Shown here: piece by piece, positions 10,918 to 23,374 of the stretch
How positions within the stretch are numbered: the stretch's first letter is position 1
Layout: every line of letters starts with the position of its first letter
Program-made: the position numbers and the translations under genes
Assembly (NCBI RefSeq): GCF_006345805.1
Contig: NC_043011.1
Coordinates: 7,316,001-7,380,000, forward strand
Origin: Octopus sinensis
Lineage: Eukaryota
Length of the DNA stretch: 64,000 bases
Reading direction: 5' to 3'
Notes under the pieces: model-generated
Told to the model about the DNA's origin: nothing
Seen by the model: the letters and a program-made list of their open reading frames with translations, nothing else
Database searches by the model: none

Positions 10918-13712
10918 TTCATCATTATCATCATTTAACAGCCGTTGGATGGTTTGACTGGGCTGGCATGCTGGAAGGCTGCACTGTGCTCCAGTCTGAT
11001 TTGGCATGATTTTCTACAGCTGGATGCCCTTCCCAATGCCAACCACTCTGAGAGTGTAATGGGTGCTTTTATGTGCCACCAGCCCGGGTGCCATTTGTGT
11101 GATACTGGTATCTGCCATGACTGTGATTTTGCTCGGCTTGATGGGACTTCTTCTCAAGCATGATATAATGTCAAAGGTCTTGGTCATTGCCTCTGTGAGG
11201 CCCAACACTCAAAAAGAACTTGGCTACTTTGCCCCCATGAGGCCCAACACTTGAAAGGAACTCAGCCACTATGCCTCCTAGGAGGCACAGTTATCAAAAG
11301 GAACTCAGCCACTTTACCTCCATGAGACCCAACATTCAAAGGTTGATTTTTTTTTTTTTTTTTTACATGCCACCAGCACAGATTCACTTGGCTTGATGGG
11401 TCCTCTTAAGCAGAGCATAACACCAAAGGTCTTGGTCACTAGTCATTGCCTCTGTGAGGTTCAAAGTTCAAAGATCCTGCTTCACCACCTCATCCCATGT
11501 CTTCCTGGGTCTACCTCTACCACAGGTTCTCTCTGCAGTTAGAGATCGGCACTTCTTTACACAGCTGTTCTCATCCATATACATCACATGACCATACTAG
11601 CACAGTTGTCTCTCTTGCAAACCACATCTGATTCCTCTTCTGCCTAACTTTTCTCTCATGATGCTTACACTCTGTCAAACATGCACACTGACATTGCACA
11701 TCCAGTGAAGCATACTGGTTTAATTTCTCTCAAATCTACGCATATCCTCGGCTGTTTCAGCCCATGTTTCACTGCCATGCAGCACAGCTGTTCACACACA
11801 GGCATCAAACAATCTGCCTTTCACTCTGAGAGAAGAGGCCTTTTGTTGCCAGCAGGGGTAGGAGCTCTCTGAATGTTGCCCAGCCTAATCTTATTCTCAT
11901 AGCTATGCTCTCGGAACAACCACCTCCACTACTAACCTGGTCACCTAGATACCAGAAGCTATCTATTACCTCTAGCTTGCTCCTCTGGCATTTGATGGAG
12001 TCTATTTTCTGCACACGTTCAGCATTTATGATGCCTCTGCACCTTCCACATACAAAAATCAGTTTCTCTGTTAACCTTCCTTTGATGTTGCTGCACCTTT
12101 TGTGTGTTCACAGCTTATACTGGGTGCATCTTATGGAGTTTCTACCTACACCTTTTCTACAGATTGAGCAGGGTCATCTACGTGAAGGTATTTGTGAATT
12201 TGTCTGCCTTCCTACTTACTATAAATTTGGTTTTTGCTAGGTTAACTCTAAGGCCCTTTGATTCTAGACCTTGTTCCAGACCTGGAACTTCTAGCTCAGG
12301 TAGTGATTCAGCTATAAGAGCAAGGTGCTCACCATAGAGGAGCTCCCAGTGTCAGCCTGTCTTAAATTCCTCCATTATTGCCTGGAGGATTATGATGAAC
12401 AAGAGGAGTCTGAACACCAATCCTTGGTTAACCCCTACTAGTACCCTGAATTCTTTACTTTACTCATTGCCTACCCTCACCTTACTGGTAGCGTCCCTAT
12501 ACAAGGCTTGTACGGCTCTCACCAACCACTCGTCTGTCCCTAGTTTCCCCATTGGCCACCAGATAAGGGATTGGGGGACTCTGGGTAAAGCTTTCTCCAA
12601 GTCAACAAAAGCCAAGTGCAGAGGTTTATCTTTGGCTAGGTATTTCTCCTTCGCTTGCCTTACCAGAAATATAGCATCAGTGGTGCTTCTACCTGGTACA
12701 AAGCCAAACTGCATCTCATCTAGACTAACTCTCTCCCTGATTAGTTGGGCTATGACCCTCTCCGTAACCTTTATTACTTGATCCAACAGCTTGATACCTC
12801 TGTAATTATTTGTATCTAGGGCATCACCTTTACCTTTGTAGCAGTTGACTATTATGCTGCTACACCAGTCATTGGGTATGACTCCTTCATGGACCACCTG
12901 ATTTACAATACAGGTGAGTAGACCATAACCCACACTGCCAGATATTTTAAGCATCTCAGAAGTGATTCCTGATGAGCTGAGGGCTTTTCCTGTCTTCATA
13001 TCTTTAATTGCTTTATCTACCAGGATTCTGTTGATTCAAGTAGCTGGTCCCTCAGTTGAGTCAACATTTGGCAGACTCTTCTCCTCCCATTCATACTCCA
13101 TGTTCAGCAGTCTTTTATAATGGTATCTCCAAGCCTCTTTCTTTGCAGAATCATTAAAAGCAAGTGCACCATCATCACAATTTTCTCTCACACACTGTCT
13201 TTCAATCCGAAATACTTCAGTTCGTTGGTCCTCATGGCGCTGAACATAGGCAAACCTTTTCTTTTCTGCTTCTTCCTTGGCTAAATATACCTGTCTCCTA
13301 GCTTCCCTTCTGGCTATCTGATACAGTTCCCTGCTTCCCCGACTCTTCCAGGCCTTCTAGGCCTGTTTCTTTACTCTAACAGCTCTCTTTATCATATTGT
13401 TCCACCATGACATTATCCTAACTCTGGAAGGAACTTTGCACCAGCCACAGATTTGCTCTGTGGCACTCAGCAAGCTGTCCAGCAGGAACCCCCAGTTGCC
13501 CTCTATGTCACAAGTTTGTAGCTGCTCCTCCCTCTCATCAAATTTCTCATTTAGGATGTCTCTAAAACTCTGAATATATGAATGGTCCTTAAACTTCCAA
13601 ATCCTTCTTTCCCAGACTGGTCTGCTTCTTGGCATCCTTTTGGCCTGGAGTCTAAAGTGACCAATGACTAGTCTATGCTGGGGGGTTACATTCTTCACCA
13701 GGTGGAGTCTTT
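10918..13712 (-). mobile_element. RTE R1 LINE, 5'-truncated and degenerate (end of EN, RT, 3' UTR)
   Basis: ORFs 13357-13716, 12460-12999 (YRGIKLLDQVIKV, QFGFVPGRSTTDAIF) and 11805-12014 are collinear with 42830-46028; multiple stops and frameshifts. Confidence 0.95.
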
Positions 13713-13736
13713 CCATTTAAGAGCAACCATGCATCC

Positions 13737-14066
13737 CGCTCAAAATCTCTCGTGGAAGCGCCATCCAACCAAAATGCAAATATATGGGAAACTACCACCT
13801 GTGTCATCTCTTGTGAAAGGTAAGAGAGTCCAGTTTGCTGGACATTGTTGTAGAGCTGAAAACGAGGCAATTTCTACTCTTCTCCTCTGGAAGCCATCTA
13901 CTCACGATACCAGAGGGCGCACACTCTCCTACCCTGATGTAATCTCCAGGGATACAGGCATCCAGCAACAGGACCTCCGTAATACCATGATGGACCGTGA
14001 AGTCTGGTGTAGCATGGTAAATTCCATTGTCTCGACCACGGTCGAACAATGATGATGATGATGATG
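13737..14066 (+). mobile_element. RTE-clade LINE family R2, 3' fragment
   Basis: QNLSWKRHPTK...RVQFAGHCCRA...DVISRDTG...TTVEQ* running directly into (TGA)n. Confidence 0.85.
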
Positions 14067-14184
14067 TCTGGTGAGAATGAAATCTATCTGGCTAGCAGAG
14101 TCACCTGATTGATATCTTTAAGCTAATGAGGTTCATAAGATAATTGTTTATTCCGTTTATATATATCTCGTTTATTTATATATA

Positions 14185-14516
14185 TGTGAAGGCATGTGGC
14201 TTAGTGGTTAGGGCATTTGGCTCATGATCGTCAAGTCATGAGTTCAATTCCTGGCGATGTATTGTGTCCTTGAGCAAGACTCTTTACTTCACGTTGCTCC
14301 TGTCCACTCAGCTGGCAAAAATGAGTTGTACTTGTAATTCAAAGGGCCAGCCTTGTCACACCTTGTGTCACGCTGAATGTCCCTGAGAACTAAGTTAAGG
14401 GTACAGGTGTCTATGGAGTACTCAGACACTTGCATGTTAATTTCATGAGTAAGCTGTTCTGTTGATTGTATCAGCTGGGACCCTCATTGTCGTAACCAAC
14501 AGAGTGATCTTTTTTG
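14185..14516 (+). mobile_element. tRNA-derived SINE type C2
   Basis: tRNA-like head and CORE-like TGTGTCCTTGAGCAAGAC; 3' body shared with 55049-55435. Confidence 0.75.
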
Positions 14517-14603
14517 TATACATATGTGTGCGTGTGTGTGTGCATGTGTGTGTGTGTGTGTGCGTGTGTGTATATATGTATATATATATGAATTTATATA
14601 TAT

Positions 14604-15029
14604 AGGCGCAGGAGTGGCTGTGTGGTAAGTAGCTTGTTTACCAACCACATGGTTCTGGGTTCAGTCCCACTGCGTGGCACCTTGGGCAAGTGTCTTCTAC
14701 TATAGCCTCAGGCTGACCAAAGCCTTGTGAGTGGATTTGGTAGACGGAAACTGAAAGAAGCCCGTCGCATATATGGATATATATATATATATATATGTAT
14801 GTGTGCGTGTTTGTGTGTCTGTGTTTGTCCCCCTAGCATTGCTTGACAACCGATGCTGGTGTGTTTATGTTCCTGTCACTTAGCGGTTCGGCAAAACAGA
14901 CCGATAGAATAAGTACTGGGCTTACAAAGAATAAGTGCCGGGGTCGAGTTGCTCGATTAAAGGCAGTGCTCCAGCATGGTCGCAGTCAAATGACTGAAAC
15001 AAATAAAAGAGTAAAAGAGTAAAAAGAGT
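14604..15029 (+). mobile_element. SINE A (reference copy)
   Basis: Head AGGCGCAGGAGTGGCTGTGTGGTAAG...GGGTTCAGTCCC; centre CTTGGGCAAGTGTCTTCTACTATAGCC...GTAGACGGAAACTG; internal (TA/TG)n; tail GGCAGTGCTCCAGCATGG...(AAAAGAGT)n. Confidence 0.9.
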
Positions 15030-15059
15030 ATATATATATATATATATATTATATACATA

Positions 15060-15243
15060 CCATGATAGATCACTAGCCATTACACACATTTTTTCTCTCC
15101 TTGTTTCTTTCTGTGTTCCTTTCTGTGGAAGAACGTAGGCTCGAAATGTTAAAGACTTTTCCAATTCCTGAGCGTTAAACTAATACATCTGTTTGTTGTT
15201 TACACCACCTGTCTTTGTCTTTTGTTTTTTTGTGAATTCTCCC
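15060..15243 (+). mobile_element. Short repeat family D carrying an atypical HHR-like motif
   Basis: CTTT-CTGTGGAA-GAAC-GTAG-GCTC-GAAA-TG-TT-AAAG (about 15119-15154). Other copies at 378-440, 24470-24660, 25862-26045, 27090-27200, 46325-46500 and 61007-61070. Confidence 0.65.
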
Positions 15244-15417
15244 TATACATATATATGTGTGTGTATAGACACACACACATATATTGTCAATGTATCACAT
15301 ATCCGAATATATCTATGAAGATAGATAAGACAGACAAATAGACAGATTGAGATACATCATCATCATGCAAGGGACTGAACAATCCATAGACATGTATATA
15401 CAGAGAGACAGACTGAC

Positions 15418-15485
<68 letters not shown>

Positions 15486-15500
15486 TGATAGATAGATAGA
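15418..15500. repeat. (GATA)n microsatellite
   Basis: Direct inspection. Confidence 0.95.
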
Positions 15501-15759
15501 TAGTGAGAGAGGAGGAGAGGGGAAAGAGAGAAAGAGAGAGATTGACAAACTGATAAACAGACAAACAGATAAACAGTTAGATAGAGACAAGAGAGAAAAT
15601 AGGAGGAAGAGATATAAAAGATAATGGAAATTGTTCTGCCAATATTAGAATACCAAGTGGATGTTGTAGATTAATTACACTGCATGATAATTAGCAATAT
15701 GAAGTAATGTGAAGAGTGTTATTAGCCAAGGTCATTTCATTCTGTGAAAATAGGCTGGT

Positions 15760-16210
15760 AATTATGCTGGACAAAATGTCTGGCAGTATTTTGTGCTTGT
15801 ATGGTCTGATTGCAAATACCAAGGTCAAGCTTTACCTCTCATCCTGTCGGGTTTGATGAAATAAGGATCAGTTGGGGCCTGGGGTTGATGAAAATTCACT
15901 AAACCCTTCCCACAAAAGTTCACGTTTTGTACCTGCAGTAGAAAGGTTTATGAAAGAGCTTTGCAGAATTGTTAGCACACTGCACCAAGTTCTTAGTATT
16001 TCTGAGTTCTGAGTTCAAATTCTGCTGAGGTTGATTTTGCTTTTCATCCTTTAGGAGTCATTTAAACAAATAACTGTTGAGCACTGGGGTTAATCTAATT
16101 AACTTACTCTTCAGCCCCTGCCCCCACTACCATCTGAACTTGCTGACCTTGTGCCAAAATTGGAAACCAGTATTTAGTCTGTCTGTATGTTCTGAGTTCA
16201 AATTCCACTG
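15760..16210 (+). mobile_element. Cluster of degenerate SINE B fragments
   Basis: Repeated TGAGTTCAAATTC...GAGGT(C/T)GA(C/T)TTTGC motifs. Confidence 0.65.
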
Positions 16211-16269
16211 AGGTCGACTTTGCCTGTCTTCCACACATACAAGTTTGTCCTTTCAAGTGCTGGGGCCAC

Positions 16270-16560
16270 TTAAAAAGCCCTCATGCCAGAGCTGCATTAA
16301 TGAACCCATACTGGTGCTGCGTAAATGCACCCGTGCCAGTGCTTCATAAATGCACCCGTGCTGGTGGCACGTAAAAGGCACCCAGCACACTCTGCTTAGT
16401 GGTTGGCATTAGGAAGGGCGTCCTAGCCATAGAGATCATGTCACAACAGACAGTCGGAGTTTGAAGAGTTCCCCGCGAACCAGCTTCATGTCAAACTGCC
16501 CAACCCTGCCAGCACGGAGAACAGACATTAAACAATGATGATGACAACGACGATGATGGT
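16270..16560 (+). mobile_element. RTE 3' UTR fragment
   Basis: Tandem GCACGTAAAA-type motifs, GGTTGGCATTAGGAAGGGC and a (GAT)n tail. Confidence 0.7.
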
Positions 16561-16629
<69 letters not shown>

Positions 16630-16889
16630 GTGTGTACAAATGCAAATATGATTTAATGTGAACAATATAAAAATATGAGCTATTAATAGTTTGTTGCTTT
16701 CGAAACATACAAAAAAACCCTGCCTAGACACGTGTCTCCAGAGCAAGTAACTATAGTGTGAAAATATTACACTGCTCATGTCAAAATTAATTAAGATAAC
16801 GTATTGAGACCCTAGGGTAAAACATAAAATGGGGCCCAGGAGCCAGCGTGTTAAGAATATACATGTCTATGAATTGTTCAGTCCCTTGC

Positions 16890-16921
<32 letters not shown>

Positions 16922-17491
16922 ACTAATGACAATGTTATTGATTATAATGATAATGATTGTTGGTGACGATGATGACGTGTTGGTGGTGGTGACGGTGGTT
17001 CGGGTGGTGTTGATGATGGCGATAATGAGGATGGTGGTGGTGGTGGTGGTGGAGGTGCTGCTGCTGCCGCCGCCGATGATGATGATTAGGAGGAGGAGGA
17101 GGGGAGGAACAAGCTGTTCCGATTATCAGATTAACCGGAACACTTGGGCCAGCAACTCCGAACTCAGTCAGAGTTTTCAAGAACGAACGCTCCCACCCCC
17201 TCCCACAATCCACTTTTATTTCCTACCACGGTTGGAACTCGAGTACTTTAAACAAGATAGGAAACCAGCATTGATGTTTATATTTAGCATCCCAAAAAAC
17301 CCACACTTTTATATTGAGCAATGACAAATAAACACAAACTGGTTTTGATTCAACTCTGGGATTTTCCTGGTTTTATTTACGTAAATTATAGAATTTTTCA
17401 CAAAGAAATGACAAAGAGTTTTTTTTTTGTGTCTAGTCATATTTTACCAATTCTAATAAAATTCTGTGTTAAATGAGTATTTATGTTTGTA

Positions 17492-17499
17492 CATGTATG

Positions 17500-17532
<33 letters not shown>

Positions 17533-17715
17533 ACACACACACACACAATACACACACACACATAAATACACACACACACACACACACACAAATACACACA
17601 CACACATAAATACACATACACACACACACAAATATACACACACACACAAATACACACACACACACACACACACAAATACACACACACACACACACACAAT
17701 ACACATATACACACA
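17492..17715. repeat. Interrupted (CA)n microsatellite
   Basis: Direct inspection. Confidence 0.95.
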
Positions 17716-18004
17716 TGCCTCCACATGCACATATATACATACGTATCAACATATTTAAGTGCAAACATTCTTTTATTCTTTTATTTGTTTCATTCAATTT
17801 GACTGCGGCCACGCTGGAGCACTGCCCTCAGTTGAGCAAATCAATCCCAGGACTTATTCTTTGTAAGCCTAGTACTTATTCTATCGGTCTATTTCACCGA
17901 ACAACTAAGTTATGGGAATGTAAACACACCGACATTGGTTGTCAAGCAATGGAGAGCGGAGGAGGGGGGGGGGACAAACACAGACACATACATATATATA
18001 TATA

Positions 18005-18086
18005 TATAAACAAAATGTTTTGAGAAAATTTGGTTTAAATGTTTGACAACTCAGCACTGTCCATTGGACAGGGGGCGTTTTGCTTG
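18005..18086 (+). mobile_element. Helitron-like 3' end (family of 4475-5215)
   Basis: CTGTCC-ATT-GGACAG hairpin (18057-71) followed by GCTTG|T. Confidence 0.6.
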
Positions 18087-18127
18087 TATATATATATATA
18101 TGATGATGATGATGATGATGATATATA

Positions 18128-19225
18128 TATCATCATCATCGTCGTTTAACGTCCGTTCTCCATGCTAGCATGGGTTGGACGGTTCGACCGGGGTTCTGGG
18201 AAGCCAGAAGGCTGCACCAGGCTCCAGTCTAATTTGGCAATGTTTCTACAGCTGGATGCCCTTCCTAACGCCAACCACTCCGTGAGTGTAGTGGGTGCTT
18301 TTTACGTGCCACCTGCACAGGTGCCAGGTGGGGCTGGCAACGGCCACGGTCAGATTGGTGTATTTTATGTGCCACCGGCACGGAAGCCAGTCGAGGCGGT
18401 GCTGGCATCGGCCACGAGTCGGATAGTGCTTTTTACGTACCACCAGACCAGGGATCCTGGCTGGTTCAATTCGATTTCGATTTCGCTTGCCCCAACATGT
18501 CTTCACAAGCAAAGGGGGTTGGCAAGGGTGCCTGTCGTACGGTCGCATTGGAGTATTTTACGTGCCACGGCCACGAGTCAGATAGTGCTTTTTACGTACC
18601 ACCAGACCAGGGATCCTGGCTGGTTCAATTCGATTTCGATTTCGCTTGCCCCAACATGTCTTCACAAGCAAAGGGGGTTGGCATGGGTGCCTGTCGTACG
18701 GTCGCATTGGAGTATTTTACGTGCCACGGCCCCGAGTCGGATAGTGCTTTTTACGTACCACCAGGCCAGGGATCCTGGCTGGTTCAATTCGGTTTCGATT
18801 TCGATTTCGATTTCGCTTGCCCCAACATGTCTTCGCAAGCATGGGGGGTTGGGATGGGTGTCTGTCGTCGGATGAGGTTCTATATCGACTTCGCTTGCCT
18901 CAACCGTCTTTGTGTCCAAGGAGGAAAGGCATTCATAAGTGGGCTGGGCTCACTTGTCCTGCCTGGTCTTCTCACGTACAGAATATTTCCAAAGGTCTCG
19001 GTCTCTGGTCATTTCCTCAGTGAGGCCTAAAGTTCGAAGGTCGTGCTTCACCATCTCGTCCCAGTTTTCCTGGGTCTACCTCTTCCACGGGTTCCCTCAA
19101 CTGCTAGGGATTGGCACTTTCTCACACACCTATCTTCATCCATTCTCGCCACATGACCATACCAGCGCAATCGTCTCTCTTGCACACCACAACTGATGCT
19201 TCTTAGGTACAACATTTCTCTCATA
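18128..19225 (-). mobile_element. RTE R1 3' fragment with an internal 159-bp tandem repeat
   Basis: ORF end (CGVQERRLRWYGHVARMDEDRCVRKC) plus UTR; repeat units start at 18410, 18569 and 18728. Confidence 0.9.
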
Positions 19226-19245
19226 TATATATATATATATATATA

Positions 19246-19433
19246 TGAGCAAAACGCCCCCTGTCCAATGGACAGTGCTGAGTTGTCAAACATTTAAACC
19301 AAATTTTCTCAAAACACCTTGTCCAACCGTCCCACAGGCCTCCCCTTTGAGAAACACTGATTTAACCTAAATTTGAGACACCAGCAAAAGAAGAAATAAA
19401 GATAGACTTTTTTTCTATTCCAAAGGAAAACGA
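19246..19433 (-). mobile_element. Helitron-like 3' end (family of 4475-5215)
   Basis: Close match to 4475-4660. Confidence 0.6.
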
Positions 19434-19764
19434 TGTAGAGGTAGGTACGTAAATATATGTATATATATATATGAGGCGGTCAAGCATGATGGTGATAGTA
19501 AGGGATGTGAAAGACAGTGGTGATGGTGGTGGAGGGGAAGGCAGCGAAATCAAAGGTGTTGATTGTGGTGACATCAGAATCCTGAATGGCGTGTGTATGG
19601 CAGCTGTGGTGGCGATGGTAGTATGGTGCAGGCCCCCAGTTTACCAGCCCTGGTCAAACCGTCCAACCCATGCCAGCATAGAAAACGCACGTTAAATGAT
19701 AGGCAATGGATGCTAATAAATAATGTAATATGAAATATATATATATATATGTATATATATATAA

Positions 19765-19806
<42 letters not shown>

Positions 19807-19813
19807 TATATAT

Positions 19814-19895
<82 letters not shown>

Positions 19896-19962
19896 ATTAT
19901 ATATATATATATATTATATATATATATATATATACGAGAAAGAAGCAACAAGAATGGATTAG

Positions 19963-20051
19963 TTTTAGTACAATTGTTTCATACAAAGACAGGTTATTAC
20001 AAGTTGCAAAAATTGCAGCAGATAAAAGTGTCCCGTACTCATCAGCTAAAA
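19963..20051 (-). ncRNA. Type I HHR (cluster copy 1)
   Basis: TTTTAG-CTGATGA-GTACGGGACA...TGTCTTTGTAT-GAAA-C-AATT-G-TA-CTAAAA. Confidence 0.8.
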
Positions 20052-20642
20052 TACATATGAGTTCTCCAAACATCTTAGTGGGTGAGGTTATACTCATGAA
20101 GTAATGGAGATAATTTCATTAAAGGCAGATATAGGTTGCAAACAGATTTCCAAAGTTCCTTAATGATGATGCACAGTCTTATCACAGATTCTTAAAAGCT
20201 TATTAGTTTCACAGAGAAGATGAATTAATCCGTAGTGTAGATTTAAATTTCCAGAGATATGAGGAGGGTGATGCACAGACTTATCACAGGTTTTTAAAAG
20301 CTTATTAGCTTCACAGAAAAGGTGAATTAATCCGTAGTGAAGATTTAAATTTCCAGCGATATGAGGAGGAATTTCATACTCACAGACGATGAATTTATCC
20401 ATTGTTAATCCACAATCATTTCATGCTATATGATAAGGTATTTGCCACATTACTGCTCTCCATGCAAAACTGCTATGTTAAGATTTCTAAAAGCTGAAGG
20501 AATTTATTTGTGGAGCAAAAGAAAAGAAAAGAAAAAGAAAAGAGAAATCTGTTTGCAACCTATATCTGCCTTTAATGAAATTATCTCCAATATTTCATGA
20601 GTATAACCTCACCCACTAAGATGTTTGGAGAACTCATATGTA

Positions 20643-20733
20643 TTTTAGCTGATGAGTACGGGACACTTTTATCTGCTGCAATTTTTGCAACTTGTAATAA
20701 AGCCTGTCTTTGTATGAAACAATTGTACTAAAA
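20643..20733 (+). ncRNA. Type I HHR (cluster copy 2)
   Basis: Stem I TTTTAG/CTAAAA; CTGATGA (20649-55); GAAA (20716-19); palindromic CAATTG; predicted cut after 20727. Confidence 0.8.
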
Positions 20734-20879
20734 ACTAATCCATTCTTGTTGCTTCTTTCTCGTTTATAATCACCCCATATTACTGTATGGTTAACACCAT
20801 ATAGTTTTTCTGGTGCATCTAAGTTAAGTACCACATTCAAGTAAATTCATTGGAATTGACTTGAATCTTAATTGCTTAT

Positions 20880-20948
<69 letters not shown>

Positions 20949-20977
20949 GAGAAAAAAGCAACAAGAATGGATTAGTC

Positions 20978-21068
20978 TTTTAGTACAATTGTTTCATACA
21001 AAGACAGGCTTTATTAAAAGCTGCAAATATTGCAGCAAATACAAGTGTCCCATACTCATCAGCTAAAA
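20978..21068 (-). ncRNA. Type I HHR (cluster copy 3)
   Basis: Same fold; distal hairpin GCTGCAA-TAT-TTGCAGC. Confidence 0.8.
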
Positions 21069-21399
21069 CTGCAGTTTTGTGAAGGGAACAGTAGTGTGAC
21101 AAGTATCTTATCATATAGCATGAAATTATACCCACCTCGTGGATTAATCATGGATAGATTCATCGTCTGTGAGTATGAAATATCTTATCATATCTCTGGA
21201 AATTTGCACCTACATTATGGATTGATTCATTTTCTCTGTGAAGCTAATAAGCTTTTTTAAAACCTGTGATAAGACTGTGCATCATCATTAAAGAACTTTG
21301 GAAGTCTGTTTACAACCTGAATCTGCTTTTTATGAAATTATCTCCGATACTTCATGAGTGTAGCCTCACCCACTAAGATGTTTGGAGAACTCATATGTG

Positions 21400-21490
21400 T
21401 TTTAGCTGACGAGTACGGGACACTTGTATTTGCTGCAATATTTGCAGCTTTTAATAAAGCCTGTCTTTGTATGAAACAATTGTACTAAAA
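21400..21490 (+). ncRNA. Type I HHR (cluster copy 4)
   Basis: CTGACGA (21406-12); GAAA (21473-76); GUA cut after 21484. Confidence 0.8.
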
Positions 21491-21637
21491 AACTAATCCA
21501 TTCTTGTTGCTTTTTTCTCGTTTATAATCACCCCACATTATTGTATGGTTAATACCATATAGTTTTCTGGTGCATCTAAGTTAAGTACCGCATTGAAGTG
21601 AATTCATTAGAACTGACTTGAATCTTAATTGCTTTTA

Positions 21638-21674
<37 letters not shown>

Positions 21675-22008
21675 TTCCGTGCCAGTGGCATGTAAAAAGC
21701 ACCATCCGATCGTGGCCATTGCCAGCCTCGCCTGGCCTCCGTGCCGGTGGCACGTAAAAAGCCACCATCCAATCGTGGCCATTTGCCAGCCTCGTCTGGC
21801 ACCTGTGCCCATGGCACGTAAAAAGCACCCACTACACTCATGGAGTGGTTGGCGTTAGGAAGGGCATCCAGCCATAGAAACATTGCCAGATCAGACTGGG
21901 CCTGGTGCAGCCTTCTGGCTTCCCAGACCCCAGTTGCACCGTCCAACCCATGCCAGCATGGAAAGCGGACGCTAAACGATGATGATGATGATGATGATGA
22001 TGATGATA
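21675..22008 (+). mobile_element. RTE R1 3' UTR fragment
   Basis: Three GGCA(C/T)GTAAAAAG motifs and a (GAT)n tail. Confidence 0.9.
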
Positions 22009-22772
22009 CTACAAAGTAAGATAGAGGTTATGGGTGTAACCCACTATGGGATATCATTTATCCAACCTCAGTATGTTGACACCTATAGGCAATAAAAATA
22101 AAATTAACTACTGTTAGCCAGAGGCTGAAACAGCTGTAAGAAGTGATTTTAATGATTTCAATAATTTATATTATGACTTTTATAATTTGTATTCTTATCT
22201 TATATGTATTGAATTATAAGATATATATATGTATGCTATTAAGGTTCTCATTTTGTTAAATGAATAAATAATCCAACATTCTAATATTTGAAAGTTGATG
22301 AACAAACTAAATTTGTTTCTCCATTTTCATATTCGTATTATATATATATATATGTATGTATGTATATATTAGAAGAAATGAGGTACTCAGAAAATCGGAT
22401 GGTTTATATTTACAGATATTTATTTGTATATTACATTTTTTATACATCATATAACTTAGATCATGTATTAGCGCTTTCTCCCATTCTAGTGGGGGTTTCA
22501 AATCAAACTAAGTTCCTCTGTGAAAAGTTTTGTTCATTTTATAGTGGTATTGAGTTTGTGGTGGTGGGGAGGAATATAAGACAGTACAAAAGGGTGATGG
22601 ATGAGGAGAAAATGAGAGAGAGAGCATGTGTGTATATGTGTGTGTGTGTGTGTTGTGCGTGCTTTTGTATTTGGAATGAGTGCTAAAGAAAAAGAGGGGA
22701 AAGGAGTGTTGTTTTTCTTCTTTCTTTCTTGCAGTGTATGGACATATATATATACATATATATGTATATATG

Positions 22773-22810
<38 letters not shown>

Positions 22811-22811
22811 T

Positions 22812-22851
<40 letters not shown>

Positions 22852-22889
22852 TATATATTAATATAATATAATATTATATATATATATAT

Positions 22890-23172
22890 AGGCGCAGGAG
22901 TGGCTGTGTGGTAAGTAGCTTGCTAACCAACCACATGGTTCCGGGTTCAGTCCCACTGCGTGGCATCTTGGCAAGTGTCTTTGCTGTAGCCCCGGGCCGA
23001 CCAATGCCTTGTGAGTGGATTTGGTAGACGGAAACTGAAAGAAGCCTGTCGTATATATGTATACATATATAAGTGTGTGTGTATAAGTCCCGGGGTTGAG
23101 TTGCTCGATTAAAGGCGGTGCTCCAGCATGGCCGCAGTCAAATGACTGAAACAAGTAAAAGAGTAAAAGAGT
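22890..23172 (+). mobile_element. SINE A with internal deletion
   Basis: Head and tail present; the middle of the 3' half is missing. Confidence 0.85.
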
Positions 23173-23374
23173 AATTCTATGGTCACATTATTTTCCCTTT
23201 TTATTCATTGGCTAACTCCTAAGAGTTTCAAAATTAAAAATTCTTTTATTTGCCAAGTTTAGTCGTCCACGTTGCTGACTAATCTACTTCTGGGTTGGTC
23301 TCCAGCATGCTGTAAAAGTCACTGACAGCAAGGTAGTCCAATTGTTTTTATGACAGCACGCCTAAACTCACAGG

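Larger units (their letters stand above)
19935..21634. mobile_element. Two adjacent inverted pairs of a Penelope-type pseudo-LTR, carrying four HHRs
   Basis: Copies at 19935-20475(-), 20546-20876(+), 20948-21068(-) and 21070-21634(+), separated or flanked by (TA)n; internal 102-bp duplication at 20168-20371. Confidence 0.75.

Noticed and set aside
18410-18860. CRISPR-like or repeat-spacer array
   Set aside because: Whole units repeat with no unique spacers; eukaryotic LINE context.
18162-18875. 237-aa ORF with internal repeats
   Set aside because: Antisense reading of an RTE 3' UTR containing a 159-bp triplication.
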